Shown one piece after another: positions 29,933-39,481 of a DNA stretch of 64,000 bases; within the stretch, counting starts at the first letter, position 1, and the number at the start of each line of letters is the position of its first letter. Source of the stretch: Candidatus Bathyarchaeota archaeon (GTDB lineage Archaea; Thermoproteota; Bathyarchaeia; Bathyarchaeales; Bathycorpusculaceae); NCBI GenBank assembly GCA_963833575.1, contig CAWHXY010000006.1:224001-288000 (forward strand), read 5' to 3'. The position numbers and the translations under genes were made by a program. Below the pieces are notes generated by a model. That model saw only the letters and a program-made list of their open reading frames with translations. It had not been told where the DNA came from and made no database searches.

Positions 29933-31858
29933 ATGTTAATTCAGGAAGTTATACTTGAAAATTTCATGAGTTATGAGTATGCTAGGGTTCCGTTTAAGCA
30001 AGGAGTAAACGTTATCGGCGGACCTAACGGTGCAGGAAAATCCTCATTGCTCCTAGCGATTTCAGTGGGTTTGGGACAATCATACACGGAACGCTCCCGA
30101 AAACTTAGTGATTTAATCCGCTGGGGAAAAGACCAAGCACGAGTAACACTCATTTTAGACAACAGCAAACAGGGAAACAAACGCCCAGTGGCAAAATACT
30201 CAAAGGACCAACTTTTTCTCACCCGCGTGCTGCGACGCGATGGAAAATATGGGTTTGAACTGGAAAACCGAGCCGTTGGCAAGCAGGATGTTGATCGGCT
30301 ACTCGGCAAATTCGGTGTTGATCCCGACAACATGTTAATTATTATGCATCAGAACATGGTAGAACAATTCACTGTTCTTAGCAACACAGAAAAACTGCGT
30401 ATGGTAGAAGAAGCAGTTGGATTAGAGCCTTTTCACGAAAATGTCCTACAAGCAAAAACAAAACTTATGCACATTCTCACACAAGAAGAATCCGTAAGCA
30501 AACTCCTAGAACAAGCCCAACAAACACTCAACTATTGGCGTGAACAATACGATAAATATCAAGAGAAAAAACAATTACAGATCAAGCGCCGGTTTTTAGA
30601 ACGAGAATTAACTTGGGCAGAAGTTGAAAGGCGCGAAGGCATAGTTAAAAATTTACAGGCAAACTTGAACAAAAATCAAGATTCTCTTAGCAAAATTGAA
30701 GAACAAAAACATGCACTGACCAACCAGCTAAACACGCAACAAAACCAACAAGCAACACTCAAAAAAGAATCACGAACAGTTTTTGAGGAGAGACTAAGTC
30801 TTGAACATGACATCGCCCAAAACCAATCAACTCAATCATTAATCAGCCAGTTACTTGAAGAAGCCCAAATGCTTGAACAAGAAATTCAAAGCAGCAAAAA
30901 ACGGCTTAAACTACTTAGAACCGAAAACTTGAAAGAAATACTCAAAAACGCTCAACAACAAATAAGCAAAACAAACGAGCAGGTAAAAGAAAATCAAACC
31001 AAAATGCTCACTCTTGAAGAGTCTGCTGACAAAGTTACAGATGAAGTGCTGGATAAGCGGGTAAGCTTTGCATTGCTTGATTACAAGCGGGCAAACGCCA
31101 TTATTAACCTAAAAGAAAATGAGAAGTCATTAAATGAAGCTCAAGAAAACTTGAAAGTAACGGTACAAAAGGCTGAATTGTTAGGTGAACGAATAGCAGT
31201 CATAAAAAGTGTCGCTGATATTCAAGATGAAATGCGCTTAACAGACGGGCACCTGGCTGCGCTCGCTAATGTTTCAGAAGACATTGAACGCCAATATGAA
31301 TCATATTCGAAACTTTACTTGGAATTAAAAGAGAAGGCGCAGTTGGTAGCTGAAAACCGAGAGAAAACCCTTGAAGAAGTTAAAGCCCGAATGCTGTCAT
31401 GGAAAGCTGTAATGGAGAATTTGCTTGAACGGGTAAATGTCGAGTATAAACGAATTATGAGCCAAACGTTAGCGACTGGCGAAGTGCAACTTTCAAATTC
31501 ACAAGATATTGAAATGGCAGGGTTAGAAATCCTTGTTGGATTCAAAGGCGGAAAACCCGTTGCATTGAATGCTTATACTCAAAGCGGCGGCGAACGAACC
31601 ACTGCAACCATGAGTTTTCTTTTAGCGTTGCAGCAACACGTGCGTTCACCATTCAGAGCAGTAGATGAATATGACATTCACATGGATCCAAAAAATAGAG
31701 AAATGATTGCAAAAATCCTTCTTTCAATGATAAAAGATGCAAACGCTCAATACGTCGTAATTACTCCAAGCCAAATTACTTTTGCGCAGCAGGATGCAAA
31801 CGTTATTACAGTTCAGAATCTTGAAGGAAAATCAGTTGTACGTGAGGTTGTGCCATGA
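29933..31858 (+). CDS. SMC-family ATPase, Smc5/6-related, short coiled coil
   Basis: LENFMSY, GPNGAGKSS, Q-loop MHQNMV, QSGGERT, SPFRAVDEYDIHMDPKNRE. Confidence 0.9.
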   Translation: MLIQEVILENFMSYEYARVPFKQGVNVIGGPNGAGKSSLLLAISVGLGQSYTERSRKLSDLIRWGKDQARVTLILDNSKQGNKRPVAKYSKDQLFLTRVLRRDGKYGFELENRAVGKQDVDRLLGKFGVDPDNMLIIMHQNMVEQFTVLSNTEKLRMVEEAVGLEPFHENVLQAKTKLMHILTQEESVSKLLEQAQQTLNYWREQYDKYQEKKQLQIKRRFLERELTWAEVERREGIVKNLQANLNKNQDSLSKIEEQKHALTNQLNTQQNQQATLKKESRTVFEERLSLEHDIAQNQSTQSLISQLLEEAQMLEQEIQSSKKRLKLLRTENLKEILKNAQQQISKTNEQVKENQTKMLTLEESADKVTDEVLDKRVSFALLDYKRANAIINLKENEKSLNEAQENLKVTVQKAELLGERIAVIKSVADIQDEMRLTDGHLAALANVSEDIERQYESYSKLYLELKEKAQLVAENREKTLEEVKARMLSWKAVMENLLERVNVEYKRIMSQTLATGEVQLSNSQDIEMAGLEILVGFKGGKPVALNAYTQSGGERTTATMSFLLALQQHVRSPFRAVDEYDIHMDPKNREMIAKILLSMIKDANAQYVVITPSQITFAQQDANVITVQNLEGKSVVREVVP

Positions 31859-32685
31859 TGCAGTCGGCAAAACATCAAAAAACGCTGGGCAAAGAGAAAC
31901 TTCAACGTATAATTGAAATGTGCATCGCAATAGAAAACCGCACGGCTGAGCCTTTTACATTAGATATTGATGAAATAATCAAAGTAGTCAAAGAGTATTT
32001 TCCACACTGGCAAAACCCTGAAGAGTTAAAACTTGATGCTGAAGCGCTCCATCATTTAGCTACAGTTATCAAAATCCAAAGCGAATGGGTTAAACATCGG
32101 TCAACTTTGCTATATACTGACCCATTTCTTTTGGAAGAAAAAATCCTGCAAACAGCCAAACAGGAAATGGTTAACATTTTTCTGAAAGCTTGGAATCCAC
32201 TAATTGAGTTTGAACAAATAAGCCTTAACACTTTGGCACAGGGACTCCTTTATTGGGAAGCATTAGCGCCAATTAATGAAAGATGGAAAGAACTTGAACC
32301 TGATGCAGTTTCGAACAGTTTTGCAAGCAGAGAGGAACTGATTAAACAACGAGTGTTAAGTGACGTAGAATTCTCGGATGAACTCACCAATTACTGGAAA
32401 GAACTTAAGAACTGTGTTGCCAAAAAAGGAACTGAAGGCAAAATCCACTATTGGGATTTTATCGGGGCTGAAACCTACGAAGAAACAGTTCAAAGAGCCT
32501 TCCTGACAAGTTTCTTAGTTACTTATGGCTATGCAACTTTGGAGATTGACAGGTTAGAAGAGGAGATTTTCATAGAACCCTTTGACCAGCCCAGAACAGA
32601 ACTCTTAACTCAGCAGTCAACATCCGTTGCTATTGCTGTCTCATGTGAAGATTGGCAAAAATGGAAAAGAGGCGAATTAGATTGA
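31855..32685 (+). CDS. Kleisin-like protein (ScpA-like N-terminus, Nse4-like C-terminus)
   Basis: EPFTLDIDEII...LDAEAL..LATVIKIQS; YWDFI...YEETVQRAFLTSFLVTYG; ATGA overlap with the SMC gene. Confidence 0.7.
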   Translation: MMQSAKHQKTLGKEKLQRIIEMCIAIENRTAEPFTLDIDEIIKVVKEYFPHWQNPEELKLDAEALHHLATVIKIQSEWVKHRSTLLYTDPFLLEEKILQTAKQEMVNIFLKAWNPLIEFEQISLNTLAQGLLYWEALAPINERWKELEPDAVSNSFASREELIKQRVLSDVEFSDELTNYWKELKNCVAKKGTEGKIHYWDFIGAETYEETVQRAFLTSFLVTYGYATLEIDRLEEEIFIEPFDQPRTELLTQQSTSVAIAVSCEDWQKWKRGELD

Positions 32686-33308
32686 GCAAGAAAGGCGTTT
32701 ATGGCAGCAAAATCAAGAAAGCAACACAAATGCTCTTCTACAAGCGACACCAGAAGCCAGGCGTTAAAGGCTGGGAACTGCACAAAGCGTTAGGCTCAGA
32801 TTATGCCAAAGTGCTTGATTTACTTGATGATTATCTCAAACCGCTGGATTTGCAGGTTAAAACAATTTTTGAAGAAGAGAAAACACCGGAAAAACCAACT
32901 ACAGAAGAGTTAGATAAAGCAAGATTCTACGTTGCTTTGCGAGGCGACTTAGCGACAAAAGATAAGTTAATGGGTTGGCGCATTGACGATTTAGCAGGCT
33001 TAGCAATAACAATCTCTTACATAATCAGTAAGAAAGGTCAAGCACCAAGGAAAGACGTTGAAAAACTCCTCATCGAGAAAATGCCCAACTGGAAAATCAG
33101 CTTAAACATCGAGAGGTACATTCGCTACGGCTACCTGGGACAAGATGATAATGGACTGATGTTTCTCGATTGGAGAACAAGAGCAGAAGTAGACCAGAAA
33201 GCACTAATCACAATGATTTTGTCGTCCGATGCGGAAAAGGCAGAAACCGCTGACCCCGAGGAAGGGGACGAAAAAGAAGAAATGGAAAAACAAAGAGAAA
33301 GCAAATAA
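32682..33308 (+). CDS. Tandem winged-helix kite-like protein (Nse1/Nse3/ScpB superfamily)
   Basis: Two wH-sized units ending YIRYGYL...FLDWRTRAEVD; acidic tail; TTG start overlaps the upstream TGA. Confidence 0.65.
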   Translation: MSKKGVYGSKIKKATQMLFYKRHQKPGVKGWELHKALGSDYAKVLDLLDDYLKPLDLQVKTIFEEEKTPEKPTTEELDKARFYVALRGDLATKDKLMGWRIDDLAGLAITISYIISKKGQAPRKDVEKLLIEKMPNWKISLNIERYIRYGYLGQDDNGLMFLDWRTRAEVDQKALITMILSSDAEKAETADPEEGDEKEEMEKQRESK

Positions 33309-33325
33309 ATCATTTTTGTCTTATG

Positions 33326-34618
33326 CTATGTTTCTGTACTGGCGCTTAGCATTTGCACATCTGAAACTTGTCCTGTGTCAGCGTAGATTCCAATTGTAAC
33401 TTCGTTTATGCCACCTGCATAAGTCTGAGTAAGGCCCATTTCTACGTACCAATAAGGAATCAGTGCTACTGAATTGCCTCGCGTATGAGGTACGAGTTGA
33501 ACAGATAAAGGCGGGTCTACCACGCTAAAACCAGAGACTTGTTTGCCCTCAATCGTCCAAGATAAAGTTTTAACATAGCTTTCAGCAGCAGTTATAGCTT
33601 GCTCTTTTGAGGTAGCTAAACTGGTGCTTCCAACAGTAAACAGGAAGTATCCGTCTGTCATGGTTGTTAACACGTTATTTTGGAAGGTCATCTGTAAGCC
33701 TTTGGCTTGGTAATCAATTCCATCCTGCGAGTACATCCATAAGAACGAAACAGTGCTCCCTGAAACAGAAATCTGCAGTTTAATGTTACCCTGAGTTATC
33801 TCTGTATTATTCAAGGTGTAAACGTTGGCTAAAATGTCAGTCATATTTGTCAAATATGCATCACCCGAGTAGGTCTTGTAACGTGCAAGAATGAATTTAG
33901 CGTTCTGTAATACATCATTGGGCTGAACCTGAGTAAAAATTGGGGCACTTTCAATCATCGTAAGTTCATAACGTGAAAAATGATTATTTCTATATCGCAA
34001 ATATGCATTCAAATTGCTTGTATCGCCCTTGAGAGCGTATTGTATCACTTCTTCAGCAACACCACCGAAATCTGCACGCCACTGCATCGTGTCGCCTAGC
34101 AAAGAAATTGTGTAGTTTCTAGTTTCAATTTGTGTTATATTTTGTAGAAAACTAGCCACTTTATCTGCCCCTATACCCCAAGATAGTAACTGCTGGTTTT
34201 CAGCCGAAATCGAACGTTGGGAAACGGAAAGTTGGTTCATAGAGTTAAATTCAAGGACAATCACGCTGGACAATAACAAAACCGCAACCATTAGCACCCC
34301 AAAAACAGTTTTCCACTTAGAAGTTACTAAACGACGTTTTGGTTCAACTTCATGAACTTCCTCTACGCCCTTCATGGCGCTTACAGTAGCTAATCCAAAA
34401 GCTGACAGCTTATACTGGCTGTTATCCATTTTAGAAACTAGTTCTCCCAGACTTTCAAGATGATATGTCAAATGCGGGGTTGAAACTCCAAGTTCCTCAA
34501 CCATCTCCATAAAAGTCATAGGCTTATTTCCAAGCATTCGAAGAATTTTACGTCTGACAGGATGTTTTAGCGAACTAAACATTGTTGAGTAGATTTCATC
34601 TTCACGCGAGTCAGCCAT
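33326..34618 (-). CDS. Membrane-anchored ArsR-type regulator with large extracellular domain
   Basis: LKHPVRRKILRML...LTYHLESL, one TM helix, ~300-aa N/T/S-rich C-terminal domain. Confidence 0.8.
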   Translation of the reverse strand: MADSREDEIYSTMFSSLKHPVRRKILRMLGNKPMTFMEMVEELGVSTPHLTYHLESLGELVSKMDNSQYKLSAFGLATVSAMKGVEEVHEVEPKRRLVTSKWKTVFGVLMVAVLLLSSVIVLEFNSMNQLSVSQRSISAENQQLLSWGIGADKVASFLQNITQIETRNYTISLLGDTMQWRADFGGVAEEVIQYALKGDTSNLNAYLRYRNNHFSRYELTMIESAPIFTQVQPNDVLQNAKFILARYKTYSGDAYLTNMTDILANVYTLNNTEITQGNIKLQISVSGSTVSFLWMYSQDGIDYQAKGLQMTFQNNVLTTMTDGYFLFTVGSTSLATSKEQAITAAESYVKTLSWTIEGKQVSGFSVVDPPLSVQLVPHTRGNSVALIPYWYVEMGLTQTYAGGINEVTIGIYADTGQVSDVQMLSASTET

Positions 34619-34876
34619 GCAAACCCCTTTTTACATATGCAATAGGCACAATAGCCTATAAGATTTACATAAAAACAACCGCACTTTATTTGTAAACTGA
34701 CCTTGCAGATATTGAAGAATGAGTTGAAATCTTCTCGGAATTGCTACACTTGCAGATAAATAAATTAAGGTTCGTTAGAAAACGACCATATGGCTGGGGC
34801 TATATGATAGTTAGGTTTAAACAATAAACGATTAGTCAGCGACGTTTCATCGCCATGTCAGCCAGTTACGGACTGC

Positions 34877-35314
34877 TTAGGTGATGCTTACGTTCTGAAT
34901 ATCGAAATACCGTTTTGCTAAAAATCGCAGACGTTCAGCATTTTTGCCGTTTTTGCCTATTGCGACGCCCTTGTCTTTGGGGTTGACAGTTATGACTGCC
35001 ATCTTTTTGCCATCAGTTCTTTCTGTGACCCGTATTTCTCTAACAGCTGCTGGTTTTAGGGCGTTTTTCATGAATGTAACAGGGTCTTCGCTGTACTCGA
35101 TGATTTCGTGTTTTTTGCCTGTCATTCGCTCAAGAGTGTGGATGTTTCTGCCGCCCTTTCCTATGGCAACGCCCACTTGGCCTTGATTGACAATGAATAT
35201 TGCTCGTTGCTCTACTTCATCAACAATGCAGTCTTTTACACTGGCGCCGCTTATGCTTTCAAACAATGCGATATATCGCATTTCGTCGCATGTGATTTTT
35301 ATGCCGGTTGTCAG
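34877..35314 (-). CDS. nusA: Archaeal NusA (KH domains)
   Basis: Two AIGKxG KH motifs; N-terminus TTGIKITCDEMRYI begins at CTG 35314 after GGAGG. Confidence 0.9.
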   Translation of the reverse strand: MTTGIKITCDEMRYIALFESISGASVKDCIVDEVEQRAIFIVNQGQVGVAIGKGGRNIHTLERMTGKKHEIIEYSEDPVTFMKNALKPAAVREIRVTERTDGKKMAVITVNPKDKGVAIGKNGKNAERLRFLAKRYFDIQNVSIT

Positions 35315-35331
35315 TTTTTTTCCTCCATTTT

Positions 35332-35649
35332 TTAATCTTCTTGTTTAGGTTCTTCTATTATTTTGAGAATGTCTGAGTCCCCTGTTTCTCTGATGCTGAG
35401 GGCTGAAATGATGAAAAGTTTCTTGCAGACTTCCGCTAAATCCATTGAGCCACCTTTGTAGGTTACCACAGGGACATTTGAGATTTCTCCATAGTATTCT
35501 ATCTGTTCTTTTATGTCTTTTGGACAGTTGGAGGCTAAAACAATCATCTTAGCCTTTCCTGTTTTTGCGTTTTGCAATGCAACGTTGGATCCAAAGGATA
35601 CCTTACCTGTTTTCACTGCTGACGCCAACCCTTTATCTATATCTATCAT
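35332..35649 (-). CDS. rpl30e: 50S ribosomal protein L30e
   Basis: AVKTGKVSFG, LASNCP, GDSDIL; position between rpoA and nusA. Confidence 0.95.
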   Translation of the reverse strand: MIDIDKGLASAVKTGKVSFGSNVALQNAKTGKAKMIVLASNCPKDIKEQIEYYGEISNVPVVTYKGGSMDLAEVCKKLFIISALSIRETGDSDILKIIEEPKQED

Positions 35650-38600
35650 GTTTCTGTCTTTCCTCCTTGTTTTACTTGTTTGTCAAATGTTGACATGTAC
35701 AGTTCTACTAAGCCTGTGCCGATTGGTATTGATTGCCCAACTATAACGTTTTCTGTTACTCCTGCTAAGGGGTCACTTTCGCCTTTCACTGCTGCTTCAA
35801 CAATGTTAGGAACTGTAATTTCGAATGCGGCGCGCGCTAAGACACTGGCTTTCTTGCCGCTGATGCCGTGTCTGCCAATTTGTTGAACATCCCCTGTTGT
35901 GGTCATCATGTCTGCTACCAGCATAACGTGTCTTACGTCAACGTCTAAGCCTTGATCTTCCAAGACACCTTTTGCCTCATTTACTAGCGCATTTCTTGAT
36001 GCTTCTACACCGAGGGTTTTAGCAATTTCGTGAATGTTGTTTGTTGATGTTCTTGAAGTGTCTACGCCAATGACTTCTAAGACTTTGCTGAGGTTTGAGC
36101 CGTCAGTGCGTATTACCCATTCGCCGCTTTCTTCAGTCACTAGTACGCGTTTAATGTCTGGCACACCTTTAACTTGGAAACCTGGGATTTTGCCAAGCAT
36201 TCTCTTTAACTGCTCAACTTTCTTTGGCTTAATTTGTACTGTGTAATCAGTGATTGTAACTGTTGCATTTTGTAATTCCAACCGCTCTTTCAACTCATCC
36301 ATCGTTATTGCTCGGTCATCCATCATAGATTTGCTTAATTCTATAACGATTTCTTCGCGTACGGGGTCTTCGTAGATTGCTGAAGCCAAGTTTTCAACTG
36401 AAGTGTAAATTATGTTTCTTGCGACTTCAACTGCACTTTCCTTGCTCTTCGCATGTTCATCTTTCAGGTAGATAGTCATGATTGGGGTTGAAGGAATTCT
36501 GCGTGCATCAACGATTTCTATGAGTCTGGGTAAGCCTAAAGTGACGTTTTGTTCTTTGACACCTGCGTAATGGAAGGTTCTAAGTGTCATCTGTGTACCT
36601 GGTTCACCGATGGATTGAGCAGCAACAATTCCTACTGCTTCACCTGGCTCCATCAGGGCACGCTTGTATTGCTCTGCGGTTGAAGTTGTAGCTTTTTCTA
36701 CAGCTTTCTTGGTAAGCTTGTTTTTGGCAAAGCCTATTTTGAGTTGATTCAGCAAAATCGGTGTTAGCTGAGTTTCGACACGTTTCAGTTGTTTTTTGAT
36801 TTCGTCAGTGGATGCGGCTTCGCCTTTTTCTTCGCCGATTTTTATTTGATCGATTAGTCGGCTTACGTTAACTGCTTTGCCGTGATCGCTTTTTGCTGGG
36901 TCAACACCGTCTTCTCCATATCTGAACTGGATGATGTCACCTGCTGAATCACGCACGGTACTGTCGTATTCGAGTCGAATGTGTTCCAGTGCGTTAATGA
37001 GCCTTCTTTGCATGTAACCGCTCTGTTGTGTTCGTACGGCTGTGTCGACTAGACCTTCTCTGCCACCCATAGCGTGGAAGAAGAATTCAATCGCGTCCAA
37101 ACCCGTCTGGTAAGAGTTATAGACAAAGCCTCTCGCTCTTGGACTGGGGTCGCCATCTACGAAGTGTGGCAATGCCCTTCCAGCGTAACCTCGCAAGATA
37201 CGTTTGCCTCGGACTGATTGTTGTCCAACGCAAGCAGCCATTTGACCTATGTTTAAGCTTGAACCTCTGGCTCCTGCTCGAGTCATAACGATGCCGGCGT
37301 TATCCAGTGTGAAGTCTTCGTCTGCAATTTTGCCTGATTCATCTCTGGCGACTGCAAGTTCATGCATAACGTAGATTTCGAAGGATTCCTCCATGGTTTG
37401 TCCTGGCAATCGTGGGAGGGTTCCGTTGCGGTAGTTTTCGATGTGTTCGTCGATTTTCTTTTGGATGCGTTCCATGGTTTTTGCCATGCGGTTTCGGGCT
37501 CTTGGTGAGAGAACTAGTTGTTCATAGGTGTAGCTGAAACCTCGCATTGAAATGTACAGTTTTAAGAGATGAGTGATCTTGTTTAGGAATTCCCGTCCTG
37601 CTTGGGTACCGTAGTCTTTGATTATTCTGTGAAGTAGACTTTCGGATTGCTCTGCACCGATGGATTTTCTGTCGATAATTCCTGAGACCAATTGACCGTT
37701 TCTAACCACTACGTAAGCGTCGTGTTTGCATTCTTCTTCTTCGCATTTGGTGCAGCCTTGGCAAATGTTGGCTTTAAGAACATAGTTCAATGTTTTTGGT
37801 AGGAAGAGGCTAAATATTTGTTTGCCTGACCACATGGGTTGGGGTTCTTTTATTTCGGGTATGGGCATTTCGCCGACATATCCGGTTGTAGTCAGTAGTC
37901 TGTTTACTTGGCCTCTGGTCAGGTAGTTTCCGGTTTTAGTAAAGTAGTATGCGCTTGTTACAAAGTCTCTGATTGCGCCAATGATGGGACCGCCGAATCT
38001 GGGTGATAGGATTTGGTCTTGAACCTGCATTAGCAAAAGTGCTTCAGTTCGTGCTTCCTCGCTCTGTGGAACGTGAAGGTTCATTTCGTCGCCGTCAAAG
38101 TCTGCGTTGTACGGTGGGCAAACGCATAGATGTAGGCGGAAGGTTTTGTATGGTAAAACTCGAACGTAATGTGCCATAATGGACATGCGGTGAAGTGAAG
38201 GCTGCCGATTAAAGATTGCAATGTCTCCGTTCTTTAGGTGCCTTTCAACTATGAATCCTAATTCCACGGCTTCAGCGATTTTGGTGCGATCGACAACGAA
38301 TTCTAGTCGGATACGTTTTCCATCTGGCCTGATAATGTATAATGCTCCAGGATAAGTTTCTGGACCGTTAATCACTAGCTTCTTCATTTCCTCAATGTTC
38401 CATGCCGTGATTTTTTCTGGAACAGATAAACGCATGGCCACATCGACTGGAACTCCTACTTCGTTAATGTCAAGGTTAGGATCTGGAGAAATTACTGTTC
38501 GTGCTGAGAAGTCAACTCGTTTGCCTGAAAGGTTGCTTCTGAATCGTCCTTCTTTTCCTTTTAGTCTTTGTGAGAGGGTTTTTAATGCTCTGCCGCTGCG

Positions 38601-39479
38601 GTGTCGTGCTGGCGGAATGCCTGAAGCTTCGTTGTTAAAGTATGTTGTAACGTGGTACTGTAGTAGTTCTGAGAGGTCTTGAATGATAAGTGTTGGTGCA
38701 CCGGCTTCCATGTTTTCTTTTAGACGTTGGTTAATGCGTATGATGTCTACTAGTTTGTGGGTTAAATCGTCTTCAGAGCGAATGCCTGATTCTAAGGTGA
38801 TTGATGGTCGAACGTAAACTGGAGGTACTGGCAAAACCTGTAAAACCATCCATTCTGGGCGAGCAACTTTGGGGTTGAACCCTAAGATTTCAAGGTCTTC
38901 GTCAGATACACGTTCAAGCCTTTCACGAATCATGCTTGGCGTAAGTGGTTCGGAGCCTAATTCAGTTTGTTCAATAAACTTTGTTGGTTTCTCAAAAGTA
39001 ATCTTGAATTGGGCAGAAGCACAGTAGGGACATTGCTTTGCTTTTATTTCAGTCATTATTTCCTTGTAAATTTCATCTGGAATTGTTCCTAAAAGTTCGT
39101 TATACCGTTCAATTCGGGCGCGTGCTTTTTTGGAAGCGTCTTCGGATAAGAGAATGCGACCGCAACTGCGGCAAGTTGCTTTCAAAAGGTCAAAAATGAT
39201 TTTTGTGAATTCAATGTGTACAATTGGTACGGCCAATTCTATGTGTCCGAAGTGCCCTGGGCAGCGAATCGCTGTGTTTCCGCAGGTTTTACAGCGTTGC
39301 CTTGGTTCGAGGGTGCCTAGTCTGCCGTCCATTAAGCCGGCTGTGATTGGTGCTCCGTCTTCGTCGTAGGTGTCTGGAGTTTGGATTTCAACGACTGATT
39401 GTTTACGGAGATCTTTAGGTGAGATTAAACCGAATGAAATTTCATCAACTATTTTATGAATATATTCTTCCTGTGCCAT
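35646..39479 (-). CDS. rpoA: RNA polymerase largest subunit, fused A'+A''
   Basis: YNADFDGDEMN catalytic motif and the A'' motifs GEPGTQMTLRTFH and LARAAFE in one ORF; start at MAQEEY. Confidence 0.97.
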   Translation of the reverse strand: MAQEEYIHKIVDEISFGLISPKDLRKQSVVEIQTPDTYDEDGAPITAGLMDGRLGTLEPRQRCKTCGNTAIRCPGHFGHIELAVPIVHIEFTKIIFDLLKATCRSCGRILLSEDASKKARARIERYNELLGTIPDEIYKEIMTEIKAKQCPYCASAQFKITFEKPTKFIEQTELGSEPLTPSMIRERLERVSDEDLEILGFNPKVARPEWMVLQVLPVPPVYVRPSITLESGIRSEDDLTHKLVDIIRINQRLKENMEAGAPTLIIQDLSELLQYHVTTYFNNEASGIPPARHRSGRALKTLSQRLKGKEGRFRSNLSGKRVDFSARTVISPDPNLDINEVGVPVDVAMRLSVPEKITAWNIEEMKKLVINGPETYPGALYIIRPDGKRIRLEFVVDRTKIAEAVELGFIVERHLKNGDIAIFNRQPSLHRMSIMAHYVRVLPYKTFRLHLCVCPPYNADFDGDEMNLHVPQSEEARTEALLLMQVQDQILSPRFGGPIIGAIRDFVTSAYYFTKTGNYLTRGQVNRLLTTTGYVGEMPIPEIKEPQPMWSGKQIFSLFLPKTLNYVLKANICQGCTKCEEEECKHDAYVVVRNGQLVSGIIDRKSIGAEQSESLLHRIIKDYGTQAGREFLNKITHLLKLYISMRGFSYTYEQLVLSPRARNRMAKTMERIQKKIDEHIENYRNGTLPRLPGQTMEESFEIYVMHELAVARDESGKIADEDFTLDNAGIVMTRAGARGSSLNIGQMAACVGQQSVRGKRILRGYAGRALPHFVDGDPSPRARGFVYNSYQTGLDAIEFFFHAMGGREGLVDTAVRTQQSGYMQRRLINALEHIRLEYDSTVRDSAGDIIQFRYGEDGVDPAKSDHGKAVNVSRLIDQIKIGEEKGEAASTDEIKKQLKRVETQLTPILLNQLKIGFAKNKLTKKAVEKATTSTAEQYKRALMEPGEAVGIVAAQSIGEPGTQMTLRTFHYAGVKEQNVTLGLPRLIEIVDARRIPSTPIMTIYLKDEHAKSKESAVEVARNIIYTSVENLASAIYEDPVREEIVIELSKSMMDDRAITMDELKERLELQNATVTITDYTVQIKPKKVEQLKRMLGKIPGFQVKGVPDIKRVLVTEESGEWVIRTDGSNLSKVLEVIGVDTSRTSTNNIHEIAKTLGVEASRNALVNEAKGVLEDQGLDVDVRHVMLVADMMTTTGDVQQIGRHGISGKKASVLARAAFEITVPNIVEAAVKGESDPLAGVTENVIVGQSIPIGTGLVELYMSTFDKQVKQGGKTET

Positions 39480-39481
39480 GA

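Noticed and set aside
29933-33308. Wadjet (JetABCD/MksBEFG) defence system or Rad50-Mre11
   Set aside because: No Toprim nuclease or Mre11 gene is adjacent, there is no zinc hook, and the gene order is SMC-kleisin-kite in a core-gene context
34834-34874. Hairpin after nusA resembling a fluoride riboswitch start (GGCGATG) or C/D boxes
   Set aside because: The downstream riboswitch consensus and a box C are missing; best read as a 3' hairpin
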